A stretch of 49,211 nucleotides of DNA from Elusimicrobiota bacterium (lineage in GTDB: Bacteria > CAYTYR01 > UBA6262): positions 1-49,211 of the forward strand of contig JACRDM010000071.1 in NCBI GenBank assembly GCA_016218565.1, read 5' to 3'. Numbering within the stretch: the first letter of the stretch is position 1; the number at the start of each line of letters is the position of its first letter. Shown piece by piece: positions 8,565 through 16,687 of the stretch. The position numbers and the translations under genes are program-made. Under the pieces are notes generated by a model. It searched no databases. It was not told the DNA's origin and saw nothing but the letters and a program-made list of their open reading frames with translations.

Positions 8565-8942
8565 ATGCGCAAACCCAACCAAGGCTTTACGATCATGGAA
8601 ATACTTTTTGCGGCGGCCCTGTTAGCTGTCGGCCTGGCTGAAGTGGTAGTTATTATGGGTGAAGGGCAGTTCCATAATAATCTGAATAGAATGAATATAG
8701 TGGCGCTGAGTTTGGCCAAGGAACGAATGGAGATTACTAAAAATTTGCCATATGCTGGTGTTAATCCTGTAGCTAGTACAGGATATCCGGCCCCTTACCT
8801 GGATTATTCATATCAAGTTCTTGTCAATTCTGTCGGGGTTCTACCTGGACAAATAAAAGATGTGGAGGTGCGTGTTTCTTATAGCGCGGCTAAAGGCACT
8901 ACTAATTCTATAAATTTGGAAACATATATTGCTAATTATTAA
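8565..8942 (+). CDS. Minor pilin-like protein (prepilin-type N-terminus)
   Basis: MRKPNQG/FTIMEILFAAALLAVGL. 125 aa. Confidence 0.7.
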   Translation: MRKPNQGFTIMEILFAAALLAVGLAEVVVIMGEGQFHNNLNRMNIVALSLAKERMEITKNLPYAGVNPVASTGYPAPYLDYSYQVLVNSVGVLPGQIKDVEVRVSYSAAKGTTNSINLETYIANY

Positions 8943-8964
8943 AGACTAAGAAGTGAGGTGAAGG

Positions 8965-9501
8965 ATTATACCCCAGGAAAAAGGCGTAACTATCGTTGAG
9001 TTATTAGTAGCCATGGCGCTGCTGGCGATATTGCTGGTAGTAACCGTGACTTTTTATCCGCCGGTCATCAAGACTTTCAATGCCGGCAAGGATGATTTTG
9101 ATTTAAGGAGCGATCTAGCCACGGCCAGAGAGGTGATGAGCAATTATCTCACTAAAGCCAGCACGTTTACTATGGTCAATCCGGGCCGGATGAATTTTAC
9201 GGCCAATGTCGATGTCACCACCCCCCTATCTGAGAATTGCACTTTTTATCTTTATAATGCCAGTGATGCGGGTTGGCCAACAACATATCCTTATGTTTCT
9301 TATGAGTTGCGTTATACCGAGGTTAATGTTTTTGGCAGCGGCCGGACTATCGCGTATAATCTGAACCCGCCTAATCTTCCCACTTTTCCAAGTACTTATT
9401 TTGAAAGTAGAGGGAATAATAATATAGCTGTTAATTTAAACGCCACTAAGAACACGCAGAATTTCGAATTGCGTTTTGAGATCCATCCGCGTAATTTATA
9501 G
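8965..9501 (+). CDS. Minor pilin-like protein whose prepilin leader has no canonical in-frame start (ATT/ATA start or A5 frameshift)
   Basis: In frame upstream of ATG 9013 the sequence reads IIPQEKG/VTIVELLVAMALLAILL, a prepilin cleavage/methylation-type motif. It is bounded by stop 8959-8961 and has no ATG, GTG or TTG. SD GAGGTG (8955-8960) lies 4-7 nt before ATT 8965 / ATA 8968. Confidence 0.55.
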   Translation: MIPQEKGVTIVELLVAMALLAILLVVTVTFYPPVIKTFNAGKDDFDLRSDLATAREVMSNYLTKASTFTMVNPGRMNFTANVDVTTPLSENCTFYLYNASDAGWPTTYPYVSYELRYTEVNVFGSGRTIAYNLNPPNLPTFPSTYFESRGNNNIAVNLNATKNTQNFELRFEIHPRNL

Positions 9502-9606
9502 TATAGAATTTAATAATTCTATACTTGATTACACAGATTTTAAAGAAAGATTATCCCCTGCTGATCCCGATAACTCGGGATCAAGGCTGCGGGGACAGGC
9601 ACAGAT
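9501..9606. repeat. Family C structured repeat, copy 1 (hairpin + GATTACACAGATT module + ~58-nt nested-stem unit)
   Basis: Hairpin gtatagaatt-taat-aattctatac (9501-9524). gattacacagatt-N8-agatta (9527-9553). Unit gattatcccctgc[gatcccga-taac-tcgggatc]...gcggggacaggcacagatt (9549-9606). Homologous pieces recur at 15590-15960. Confidence 0.7.
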
Positions 9607-9613
9607 TAAAAAT

Positions 9614-10564
9614 ATGGGAAAATATTCAGTAAGGCATAATAGATCCGGGTTTGCCCTTATCTTTGTATTTTTCTTTGTTATCCTGGTGGCCGGCATAGTG
9701 CTTGCTTATTTAAATATGAATTCACAGAGTACCGCCAATGTAGGAATTAAGCAAACAGAAATGCAAACGTTTTATGCTGCCGAAGGTGCCCAGGCTAGGG
9801 CGGTGCAGTATTTGCAACTTGACACGCTGGGTATTTGGAATACTATTCAGCCGGCAGCTGGCGCGTTGGGGACATATGGACCAATTACTGAAAATTTATG
9901 GACCTATCAGAGTATCTCTTATGATTTCATAGTTGATAACTGGAACCTGGCCTATAGATTTAACCCCGTACCGTTTGGTCCAACAACAGCAAGCACAACT
10001 CCTTTGCCTCTGCCTGCGGGAAATCCTATGAATGCTATTGATGGGGCGGTAGGGACATTTTGGCTCGCCGGAGTTCCCCGATCATTAACCATAGATTTCC
10101 CAGCAGGATCAAATTATACCATTAACGAATTTCGAATTAGATCTACAGGTCCTGCCGGCCAAAGACCATCCGATTATACATGGGACGTAAATATAAATGG
10201 ATCAGGTTGGCAGTCTACAGGAATTAATGTTTCTGGTAATAATACTCCAGAAAGGATGGATTTTGTGAATCCCCCTTTGCAAAATGTAATCGGAGTACGT
10301 ATTAATATTACAAATGTTGGTAATGTGAGAATAAACGAAATCGAAATCCCTTGGGTGCGCATTCGTTCAAGATGCAGGATTAATAATAAAAGCGGCACCA
10401 GTTATACAGAAAAATATATCCGCAGTTGCGTGTTAAATAATGGGTTAATTGGCGGTACTACCGCAGTTTTTAAGATTACTCCGAGTACATTGCCCGGAAC
10501 TAATATTACTTCTATCTGGGATGAGATCAGTTACGATACTTATACTACCCCGAGTGATTTTTAA
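9614..10564 (+). CDS. PilX-like minor pilin with a C-terminal F5/8 type C (discoidin)-like domain
   Basis: Start set at ATG 9614, because the upstream 46 codons of the ORF lie in the repeat. The N-terminus SGFALIFVFFFVILVAGIVLAYL is PilX_N-like. Later, NAIDGAVGTFWLAG...SLTIDFPAGSNYTINEFRIRS...VRINEIEI resembles discoidin domains. Confidence 0.6.
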   Translation: MGKYSVRHNRSGFALIFVFFFVILVAGIVLAYLNMNSQSTANVGIKQTEMQTFYAAEGAQARAVQYLQLDTLGIWNTIQPAAGALGTYGPITENLWTYQSISYDFIVDNWNLAYRFNPVPFGPTTASTTPLPLPAGNPMNAIDGAVGTFWLAGVPRSLTIDFPAGSNYTINEFRIRSTGPAGQRPSDYTWDVNINGSGWQSTGINVSGNNTPERMDFVNPPLQNVIGVRINITNVGNVRINEIEIPWVRIRSRCRINNKSGTSYTEKYIRSCVLNNGLIGGTTAVFKITPSTLPGTNITSIWDEISYDTYTTPSDF

Positions 10565-10579
10565 AAAAGGAAGAGATGA

Positions 10580-12340
10580 TTGAAACTTATCCGTAATACA
10601 CAGCCTTCGTTAGGACTGGATATCGGGACTACCTCGGTAAAAGCCGTGGTGCTGAAGGAGGGCGTCAGCGGTGTGGCCATCGTTGATTATCGCATTGAAG
10701 AATTCCCTTTGAGCACCGAGAAAAAGGAAAATGTTCCCCTGGAAACAGTGCTGGAAGGTTTACGTAAATGCCTGGCCGGCCTTAACCTTAAAAAGATGAA
10801 GGTTACCACCGTAGTGTCTGGCCAGCGGGTTTCAGTGAGAAAAGTGCTGGTTCCCAATATGCCGAAAGAAGAGTTGCTGGAAGCTATAAAATGGGAAGCC
10901 AAGGAACACATTCCCTTCCCGATTGAAAATGCGGTCATTGATTATCATTTGATCGGCGAAGTGCTGGATAAAGGGGCAAAAAAATTAGAACTCCTGGTAG
11001 TAGCCGTAGAAAAATTCGTCATTGACCAGCATTTATCCCTGCTGCAGAATATCCAGGTTAGGCCCGCCTCGATCACCGTTACCCCATTCGCTTTAGTTGC
11101 CGTCCTGCGGGAAAATGATTATCTCAAGGCTGATAAGACTTTCGCGGCAGTCAGCTCGGGGGCCGATGCCACCACGATTAATATTTTTAGCGGAGAACAC
11201 CTGGTCTTTAACCGGGGAATCCCGCTGGGCGGCAATAATATCACCAGGGCCATGGTCGGTACCTTGATCTCTGATTCTGGACAAGTGGAGTTAGATATCA
11301 ACCAGGCAGAAATTCTGAAAAAAGACTGGGGCGTGCCTGATGAGAAGAATCCCCAGCAATTAACCCCAGAGATCAGTAGTATCCAGATCGCTCCTCTGAT
11401 GCGGCCGATACTGGAACGTTTAGCCAATGAAATACGCCGCTCGCTAGACTACTACCGCGAAGAATCAAGAGGAAAGCGGGTAACCAAAGTAGTGCTTTTG
11501 GGTGGCAATGCAGAATTAAAAGGACTGGAAACATTTTTAGATAATGCCTTGGGAATACCAGTGGAGATTTGTCATCCCCTGAAACATCTTGAGCTCGAGC
11601 TGTCGGAAGAACGCAAGAAAGAACTGGAACAGCTAATCCCGCGCTTAGTGATTGCCCTGGGCGCCAGTCTGCAAGGGACGAAAGGGATTAACCTTTTACC
11701 GCCAGAATTAAAAGAGCAGGCGGCCAGGACCGCGCGCAGCGCCATGACCGCAGTAATCAGTTTTTTAATTATTTTTATTTTCAGCATGGTCTATGCTTCT
11801 TTATATATGCAACGGCGGACTTATGAAAAAGTGATAACTAGTAACCAGGCGGCCTTAAATGATTTGAAACAGCAGGTAGCCAGGGCCTATGAGCTGCAGC
11901 AATTAAAAGAAAAAATGACGGCCCGGCGGAATTTGATTAATCTGCTCATGATGGGCAACCCGAGATGGGTCGAGATGATGAAAGCCCTTAGCAATCTTAC
12001 CCCGCGCCGGATTATCCTGGAAGAGGTGACTTTTGCAAAAGAAGTAGAGACTAACACCGCGCCTGTCCCTGTGCCGCCGCCGGGGGAGGCTGGAGCAGCA
12101 GTTGCTGAACCTGTGAAGGTGCCATTCCCAGGGCTTAATATCAAAGGGATGGTTATGTTGGGCGGTGACCGGCCGGAAGCCATTCTGGCGCAATTTATGC
12201 AGTCGTTGGAAAAATCAACTTATTTTATGGAAACAGACCTGTATTCCCTGACCAAAGCGCTGGCCGGAACGGGGCTGGATAAGAATTATATTAATTTCGA
12301 GATACAATGTAAATTAAGAAATTTCAGTGGTGGAGAATAA
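10580..12340 (+). CDS. pilM: Fused PilM (actin-like ATPase) - PilN pilus alignment protein
   Basis: 586 aa. The N-terminus LGLDIGTTSVKAVVL has an ASKHA fold pattern. After ~370 aa comes the PilN signature GINLLPPELKE, followed by a TM helix AVISFLIIFIFSMVYASLYM and a periplasmic region. TTG start. Confidence 0.85.
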   Translation: MKLIRNTQPSLGLDIGTTSVKAVVLKEGVSGVAIVDYRIEEFPLSTEKKENVPLETVLEGLRKCLAGLNLKKMKVTTVVSGQRVSVRKVLVPNMPKEELLEAIKWEAKEHIPFPIENAVIDYHLIGEVLDKGAKKLELLVVAVEKFVIDQHLSLLQNIQVRPASITVTPFALVAVLRENDYLKADKTFAAVSSGADATTINIFSGEHLVFNRGIPLGGNNITRAMVGTLISDSGQVELDINQAEILKKDWGVPDEKNPQQLTPEISSIQIAPLMRPILERLANEIRRSLDYYREESRGKRVTKVVLLGGNAELKGLETFLDNALGIPVEICHPLKHLELELSEERKKELEQLIPRLVIALGASLQGTKGINLLPPELKEQAARTARSAMTAVISFLIIFIFSMVYASLYMQRRTYEKVITSNQAALNDLKQQVARAYELQQLKEKMTARRNLINLLMMGNPRWVEMMKALSNLTPRRIILEEVTFAKEVETNTAPVPVPPPGEAGAAVAEPVKVPFPGLNIKGMVMLGGDRPEAILAQFMQSLEKSTYFMETDLYSLTKALAGTGLDKNYINFEIQCKLRNFSGGE

Positions 12341-12391
12341 AGAACAAGGCACAAAGGTTTAAAGCAAAAACAGGCACAAAGGAAGTACAAC
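12341..12391. repeat. Family A (GGCACAAAG) element, partial copy ending in the SD + GTG of pilO
   Basis: GGCACAAAG at 12348-12356 and 12373-12381. The copy ends ggcacaaaggaagtacaacGTG (GTG 12392). Confidence 0.7.
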
Positions 12392-12958
12392 GTGGTGAAA
12401 AAACCAGGCAAAAAAGAAAAGATGCTGTTAAAATATTTTGCGATTTTTGCCATGATTGCCTTGGGGTTCCAGTACCTCCTGATCCAGCCAACGCGGGTCA
12501 AGATTGCCCAGAAGAAAGAAGAAGTCCGAAAGATCAATGATGAGATCCAGCGGGCTTATGAGTTTCTGCGGGATTTAAACAGGATCCGGGAAGAAGCAGA
12601 CAAGATGGAAGAATTATGGCAGATTTTTAAAGCCAAACTTCCTGATTCTAAGCAAATTCCTTTGCTGCTCAAGGCTCTGGCTAATGTTGCCAACCAGGCT
12701 AATATTAATTATGTTTCCATTAATACCAAGCCTATGGAAACAGGAAACTCGCAGGGAGGCTTGACCTATAGCCGCTTGCCGATAGAGATCACTTTACGGT
12801 GCCGGTATCGTAATTTAGGCGAATATTTGGCTAATTTGCGGGACATGCCCCGCCTGGTTAAAGTAGATAGTTTAAAGATTGTACGCAATAAAGAGATTTT
12901 GCCTAATGTCGATGTTACGATTGATGTGTATACGTATGTGTTGACTAACGAGGGATAG
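12392..12958 (+). CDS. pilO: PilO-like pilus biogenesis protein
   Basis: 188 aa. One N-terminal TM helix (FAIFAMIALGFQYLLI), a coiled coil and a C-terminal alpha/beta part. Positioned between pilMN and pilP/Q. Confidence 0.7.
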   Translation: MVKKPGKKEKMLLKYFAIFAMIALGFQYLLIQPTRVKIAQKKEEVRKINDEIQRAYEFLRDLNRIREEADKMEELWQIFKAKLPDSKQIPLLLKALANVANQANINYVSINTKPMETGNSQGGLTYSRLPIEITLRCRYRNLGEYLANLRDMPRLVKVDSLKIVRNKEILPNVDVTIDVYTYVLTNEG

Positions 12959-13196
12959 AAATACCAGGCACAAAGGGAAGAACGAGGAACAAAGGCACAA
13001 AGATTTAAGTACAAGGCACAAAGTTAAAAGAAAGCGAGAAGTTCAATATTAGGCACAGAGGCACAGAGTAAAAGATCTATAATTTTGTTTCTAATTAGCC
13101 TTATTCTTATACTTACTTTGTGCCTGCTTTTGTTTTAAAACTTTGTGCCAAGTACTTGTTTTTAACTTTATGCTTATTTTGAGAGGGTTTAACAGC
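12959..13196. repeat. Family A element, long compound palindromic copy
   Basis: GGCACAAAG at 12967, 12994 and 13015. GGCACAGAG x2 at 13052-13068. CTTTGTGCC at 13116 and 13141. The left half is the reverse complement of the right halves of copies 29157-29297 and 42762-42918. It ends cttattttgagagggtttaacagcGTG. Confidence 0.8.
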
Positions 13197-13733
13197 GTGA
13201 GTTCACCAACAACTGGAGGCGCTCCTCCAGACAAGAAAAAAATGTTCCTGCTGGCAGGATTGGGACTGGTGATCATCATGGTGTATAAGCAAATGGCGTT
13301 GTCGCCGCCGACACCGCCGCCGGACGCGCAGTCAGTCGATAGTGGCGTCGGGCCAGTAGTAGAAACACCTTCTGGCGAAGAACGTGCGCCAACTACTACT
13401 GAAGAACCTAGTCCCAAGGAAAGAATTGAAACCGCAGGCCAATCCTGGGGCCGAGATCCTTTTATTGGGGATGATACCGTGGATGCGCAAAATACCGGAA
13501 CCACTCCGGTGATGACCAGGCCGCAAGTCAACGAGGAAGCAGCTCTAATGCTTTCCGGCATAGCCTGGAGTAAAAACAAAGCCGCGGCCATCATTAATGG
13601 CCAGATAGTGCGCGCCGGGGATTTATTGCCGGTAAAAGGGAAAAAGATATATAAGGTGCTTAGTATTTTGAAAAACCGAGTGATCTTGCAAGGTCAGGAT
13701 AAAACTATTACGCTACGGGTAAGGGGAGGATGA
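13197..13733 (+). CDS. PilP-like (GspC/PilP beta-domain) protein; start uncertain (GTG 13197 or ATG 13242)
   Basis: TM helix MFLLAGLGLVIIMVY, a Pro/Thr/Glu-rich linker, and a C-terminal GIAWSKNKAAAIINGQIVRAGDLL...YKVLSILKNRVILQ pattern as in PilP/GspC. Located between pilO and pilQ. Confidence 0.5.
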   Translation: MSSPTTGGAPPDKKKMFLLAGLGLVIIMVYKQMALSPPTPPPDAQSVDSGVGPVVETPSGEERAPTTTEEPSPKERIETAGQSWGRDPFIGDDTVDAQNTGTTPVMTRPQVNEEAALMLSGIAWSKNKAAAIINGQIVRAGDLLPVKGKKIYKVLSILKNRVILQGQDKTITLRVRGG

Positions 13734-13740
13734 GGAAGTC

Positions 13741-13790
13741 CAAATTCAAATATCAAATATCGAAAATCTAAATTATCTAAAATAGAGATG
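13741..13790. repeat. Family B-like AT-rich element, partial copy (upstream of pilQ)
   Basis: caaattcaaatatcaaatatcgaaaatctaaatt resembles the left arms of 6441-6565 and 25192-25290. Confidence 0.4.
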
Positions 13791-13829
13791 ATAAGAATTA
13801 TTTACGCGCGGCATAGGAGGTAGGGCTAA

Positions 13830-15386
13830 ATGAAAAGAATTGTAAAAATTGTAATATGTATTCTCTTTTATTTCATTGTTGGTAGCCTGGCGTCGGTTTT
13901 GACAGCAGAGACGGCAGATATATCAACGGAGCCGAATTTCTGGGAGTTGATCAGGCAGAAAAAGATCTCTATTGATTTTAAAAGTGCCGACCTGGATGAT
14001 GCCCTCCGCTTGCTAGCCCAGCAGAATAATATTAATTTCTATCTCGCGCATAAAACCCGCGGGAAAAAAATAAATTTCTATTTTAAAGATGTTCCCCTGG
14101 AAGAAGTGCTTAATTCCATCCTCCTCAACAGCGGGTTCGTCTATCAGGTTTTTCCGGCAAAAAATATAATCGAGGTGAAAGCTAATGACGAGAATAAATT
14201 GGATACGCGCATTTTTAACGTTAAGTACGTCGACCCTTTAGTCATTAAGAATACCCTGGTCAATATTATCGGGCCGCAAGGCACGATCAGTGTCGACCGG
14301 GAAAATAAAGTATTGATCATTACCGAGGCTTACCAGAATTTTAACAAGATCATAGAGGTGATCGACTCTTTGGATATTAAAGCAACCAGTAATCCGGAAA
14401 AGAGCTCCGCGGCGCCTGGCGAAGTATTTACTAAAGTGTTTAATCTGCAATTTGCCAGCGCCTCTAAAATTAAGGAGGTGGTAGCGAAATCCCTTTCCGA
14501 GGGTGGCAGTATTGATGTGGACGAAGGCCTTAATTCATTGATCATTAAAGACCGGCCGGGGGTTCTGGAAAACATCGGCGATCTAATTCTTAGGCTGGAC
14601 CGGGAAACTCCACAGGTTATCATCAGCGCGGAATTGATCGAAGTGAATACAGGAGTGCTCAGTGAGATCGGGGCCAAGTGGATCTACCAGCCTGGCAGCC
14701 ATGGCCAGGTCCTGACCCTCAATAGCCAATACAATACTCCGCCGGTGGTAGGGTCAAGCGCTGAAAATTTAGGGTTTGTCACCCAGCCGCTCGGCGCCAG
14801 CCTGGTGTATGGAGAAGTGACCGATAAATTCCGGGGCCTGATTAATGCTCTCGTAACCACCAGCCAGGCAGAAGTGCTGTCTAACCCGATGATCACCGTG
14901 GTAAATAATGAAAAAGCCAAAATAGAAATAGCCGAAAAAATTCCCTATAACCAATTTTCCGGTTTTGACGCTAAAGGCAATCCGCAATATGCCACGGAAT
15001 TTATTGACGTAGGGATCACGCTGACTGTTACCCCGCACATTAAGGAAGGTAACGTCGTTAACCTGGAATTAGAGCCAGAGGTGAGCTATCAGTCAGGGGA
15101 ACGTATCGGTATTCCTATCCGGGCGACGAGAAAAGCGTCTACCAAGGTAAATGTGCGCGATGGTAAAACCATTGTTATTGGCGGGTTGACCTCGAATCGG
15201 AAGTCCCGCACGGTATATAAAATCCCGATTTTGGGCAGCATCCCGCTGCTTGGCCAACTTTTTCGGATGAATAATGATAGTGTCGATAAAGTTGATTTGA
15301 TGATTTTTGTTACGCCACGAATTGTTTCCAGCGGAAAAATAGAAGAATATTCCTCCCAGAACAAACAAAGACTCGAACCCCGTTAG
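13830..15386 (+). CDS. pilQ: Type IV pilus secretin PilQ
   Basis: 518 aa. Signal/TM N-terminus, an STN-like segment DFKSADLDDALRLLAQQNNINF, and a secretin C-domain with IPILGSIPLLGQLFR and DLMIFVTPRIV. Confidence 0.9.
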   Translation: MKRIVKIVICILFYFIVGSLASVLTAETADISTEPNFWELIRQKKISIDFKSADLDDALRLLAQQNNINFYLAHKTRGKKINFYFKDVPLEEVLNSILLNSGFVYQVFPAKNIIEVKANDENKLDTRIFNVKYVDPLVIKNTLVNIIGPQGTISVDRENKVLIITEAYQNFNKIIEVIDSLDIKATSNPEKSSAAPGEVFTKVFNLQFASASKIKEVVAKSLSEGGSIDVDEGLNSLIIKDRPGVLENIGDLILRLDRETPQVIISAELIEVNTGVLSEIGAKWIYQPGSHGQVLTLNSQYNTPPVVGSSAENLGFVTQPLGASLVYGEVTDKFRGLINALVTTSQAEVLSNPMITVVNNEKAKIEIAEKIPYNQFSGFDAKGNPQYATEFIDVGITLTVTPHIKEGNVVNLELEPEVSYQSGERIGIPIRATRKASTKVNVRDGKTIVIGGLTSNRKSRTVYKIPILGSIPLLGQLFRMNNDSVDKVDLMIFVTPRIVSSGKIEEYSSQNKQRLEPR

Positions 15387-15488
15387 ACCTCCAAGAACTA
15401 TCGGGATAAGTTAACTGATAACGTATCAAAGTTTATTTAAGAAATAACCTGAATCCGGTTTATAACTTTTCATGGAGGTCTAACGGGG
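15378..15488. repeat. Perfect 16-bp inverted repeat spanning the pilQ stop codon
   Basis: ccccgttagacctcca (15378-15393, contains TAG 15384-15386) pairs with tggaggtctaacgggg (15473-15488), with a 79-nt loop. The right arm resembles the SD/GTG end module of family A (gaggaggtctaacagggtg). Confidence 0.7.
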
Positions 15489-15589
15489 CGAACTGTAGGG
15501 AAATAAGACGGATGAATAAGCTTGACAAAGGCCGGCAGATATAATAGAATCTCTCTAATAGAGAAAGGCCAGGGATTACTTATTTTAAA

Positions 15590-15960
15590 GTATAGGAATT
15601 TCAATCCTATACTTGATTGCCCAGATTAAAAATCAGATTATTCACTGTTATTAGATATAAATTATCTAACCGGGCAGGCAGATTTAAGCCAGAGCTGGTA
15701 AGCGGCGTAATCATTTAGAAATCTGTGCCTGTCCTCGCGGGTTTGACCCCGCTAATTTGGGATCCGCAGGGGATAATCAGTTAGCGAAGTCTAACTTGGG
15801 ATACAGATATCCAATGGGCCTATAAATTATCGACGCCAAGGTCGGGTTGAGATTTGAAATCAGCGCCTGTTCTCCCTGCTTTGATCCCGATTTGTCGGGA
15901 TCAAGGGGGGATAATTTGTTTTAAAATCCGTCCTGTCCCCCGTAGTGGGGAGAAATCCCG
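15590..15960. repeat. Cluster of family C structured repeats in both orientations (BIME-like array)
   Basis: Hairpin gtataggaatt-tc-aatcctatac (15590-15612). gattgcccagatt-N7-agatta (15615-15640). Units at 15634-15685 (forward), 15719-15778, 15857-15915 and 15923-15960 (reverse), each homologous to 9549-9606 (for example the gatcccga-tttg-tcgggatc hairpin). Confidence 0.7.
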
Positions 15961-16064
15961 CTTGACGACAGAATAATTACGGATAAGCTTATGATTTGAT
16001 GTAACCCTTGAGTTAATTTGGACAGCAATAAGTATAGAAATAGGTTGAAGGAGGACGCCGGAGC

Positions 16065-16604
16065 ATGATCCAGGAAAAAAAGCAGGAAGGGACGTCCCAA
16101 TTAGTAGTATTCAACTTAGCCAATGAAGAATATGGCGTGGCCATTGGGCAGGTTCAGGAAATTATCCGTCCTCAGGGTACTACCCGTATTCCCGGCATGC
16201 CTAGTTTTATCGAAGGGGTTATTAATCTGCGTGGTAAAATAATCCCCATCATCGATTTGCGGGAGCGGTTCAGCCTGGTGAAAAAAGAGAGCGATGCCAG
16301 GACCCGGGTAGTGGTAGCTGAAGTTTCCAGCCAGACGGTTGGGCTGGTCGTTGATAGCGTGAGTGAGGTATTGCGCCTGGCTAATGAGGCGATCGACCCG
16401 TTACCTCCGACGATTACTGATATTGACGGGGAATATTTAAAAGGGGTGGGGAAATTAGACCGACGGCTGATCATACTGCTCGACTTGGAAAAAGTGTTGA
16501 CTGACCTGGAAAAAAGCACCCTGGAAAAAATAAACAAAACTTTAGCTGAAGAAACCACGAGTAGCGGCGGCGCTAAAAAGGAGACCGCGGCTAAAGCAGA
16601 ATAA
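16065..16604 (+). CDS. cheW: Chemotaxis coupling protein CheW
   Basis: 179 aa. QLVVFNLANEEYGVAIGQVQEI...INLRGKIIPIIDLR is a typical CheW domain. SD GAAGGAGG. Confidence 0.9.
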   Translation: MIQEKKQEGTSQLVVFNLANEEYGVAIGQVQEIIRPQGTTRIPGMPSFIEGVINLRGKIIPIIDLRERFSLVKKESDARTRVVVAEVSSQTVGLVVDSVSEVLRLANEAIDPLPPTITDIDGEYLKGVGKLDRRLIILLDLEKVLTDLEKSTLEKINKTLAEETTSSGGAKKETAAKAE

Positions 16605-16687
16605 TTATGAGCGTGGAATTGAGTAAAGCGAGTAACCAGTGGCGACGAGTAGCGGCTAAATTTGAAATTTAGGAATAAACAAATACC

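Noticed and set aside
12348-12381. GGCACAAAG repeats as sigma-54 -24 (TGGCAC) elements
   Set aside because: No GC dinucleotide lies at the required 10-nt distance from the GG, and no TTGC -12 box is present. The motif occurs on both strands as arms of a palindrome.
13091-13594. 167-aa minus-strand ORF, and the many other minus-strand ORFs in the track (for example 7670-8104, 23589-24023, 32350-32928, 33321-33845, 41404-41958, 45342-45800)
   Set aside because: All lie antisense to well-supported + strand genes or repeats, have biased Ser/Pro/Arg-rich composition, and lack SDs. They are treated as shadow ORFs.
15522-15545. TTGACA ... TATAAT pair in the pilQ-cheW spacer that looks like a consensus promoter
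   Set aside because: The spacing between the hexamers is only 12 nt, which is incompatible with a sigma-70 promoter.
15387-16064. Possible CRISPR array, because of multiple ~60-nt repeat units in a non-coding stretch
   Set aside because: The units are diverged from one another, occur in both orientations, are internally palindromic with nested stems, and are not separated by regular unique spacers. No cas genes are present. A REP/BIME-like cluster fits better.
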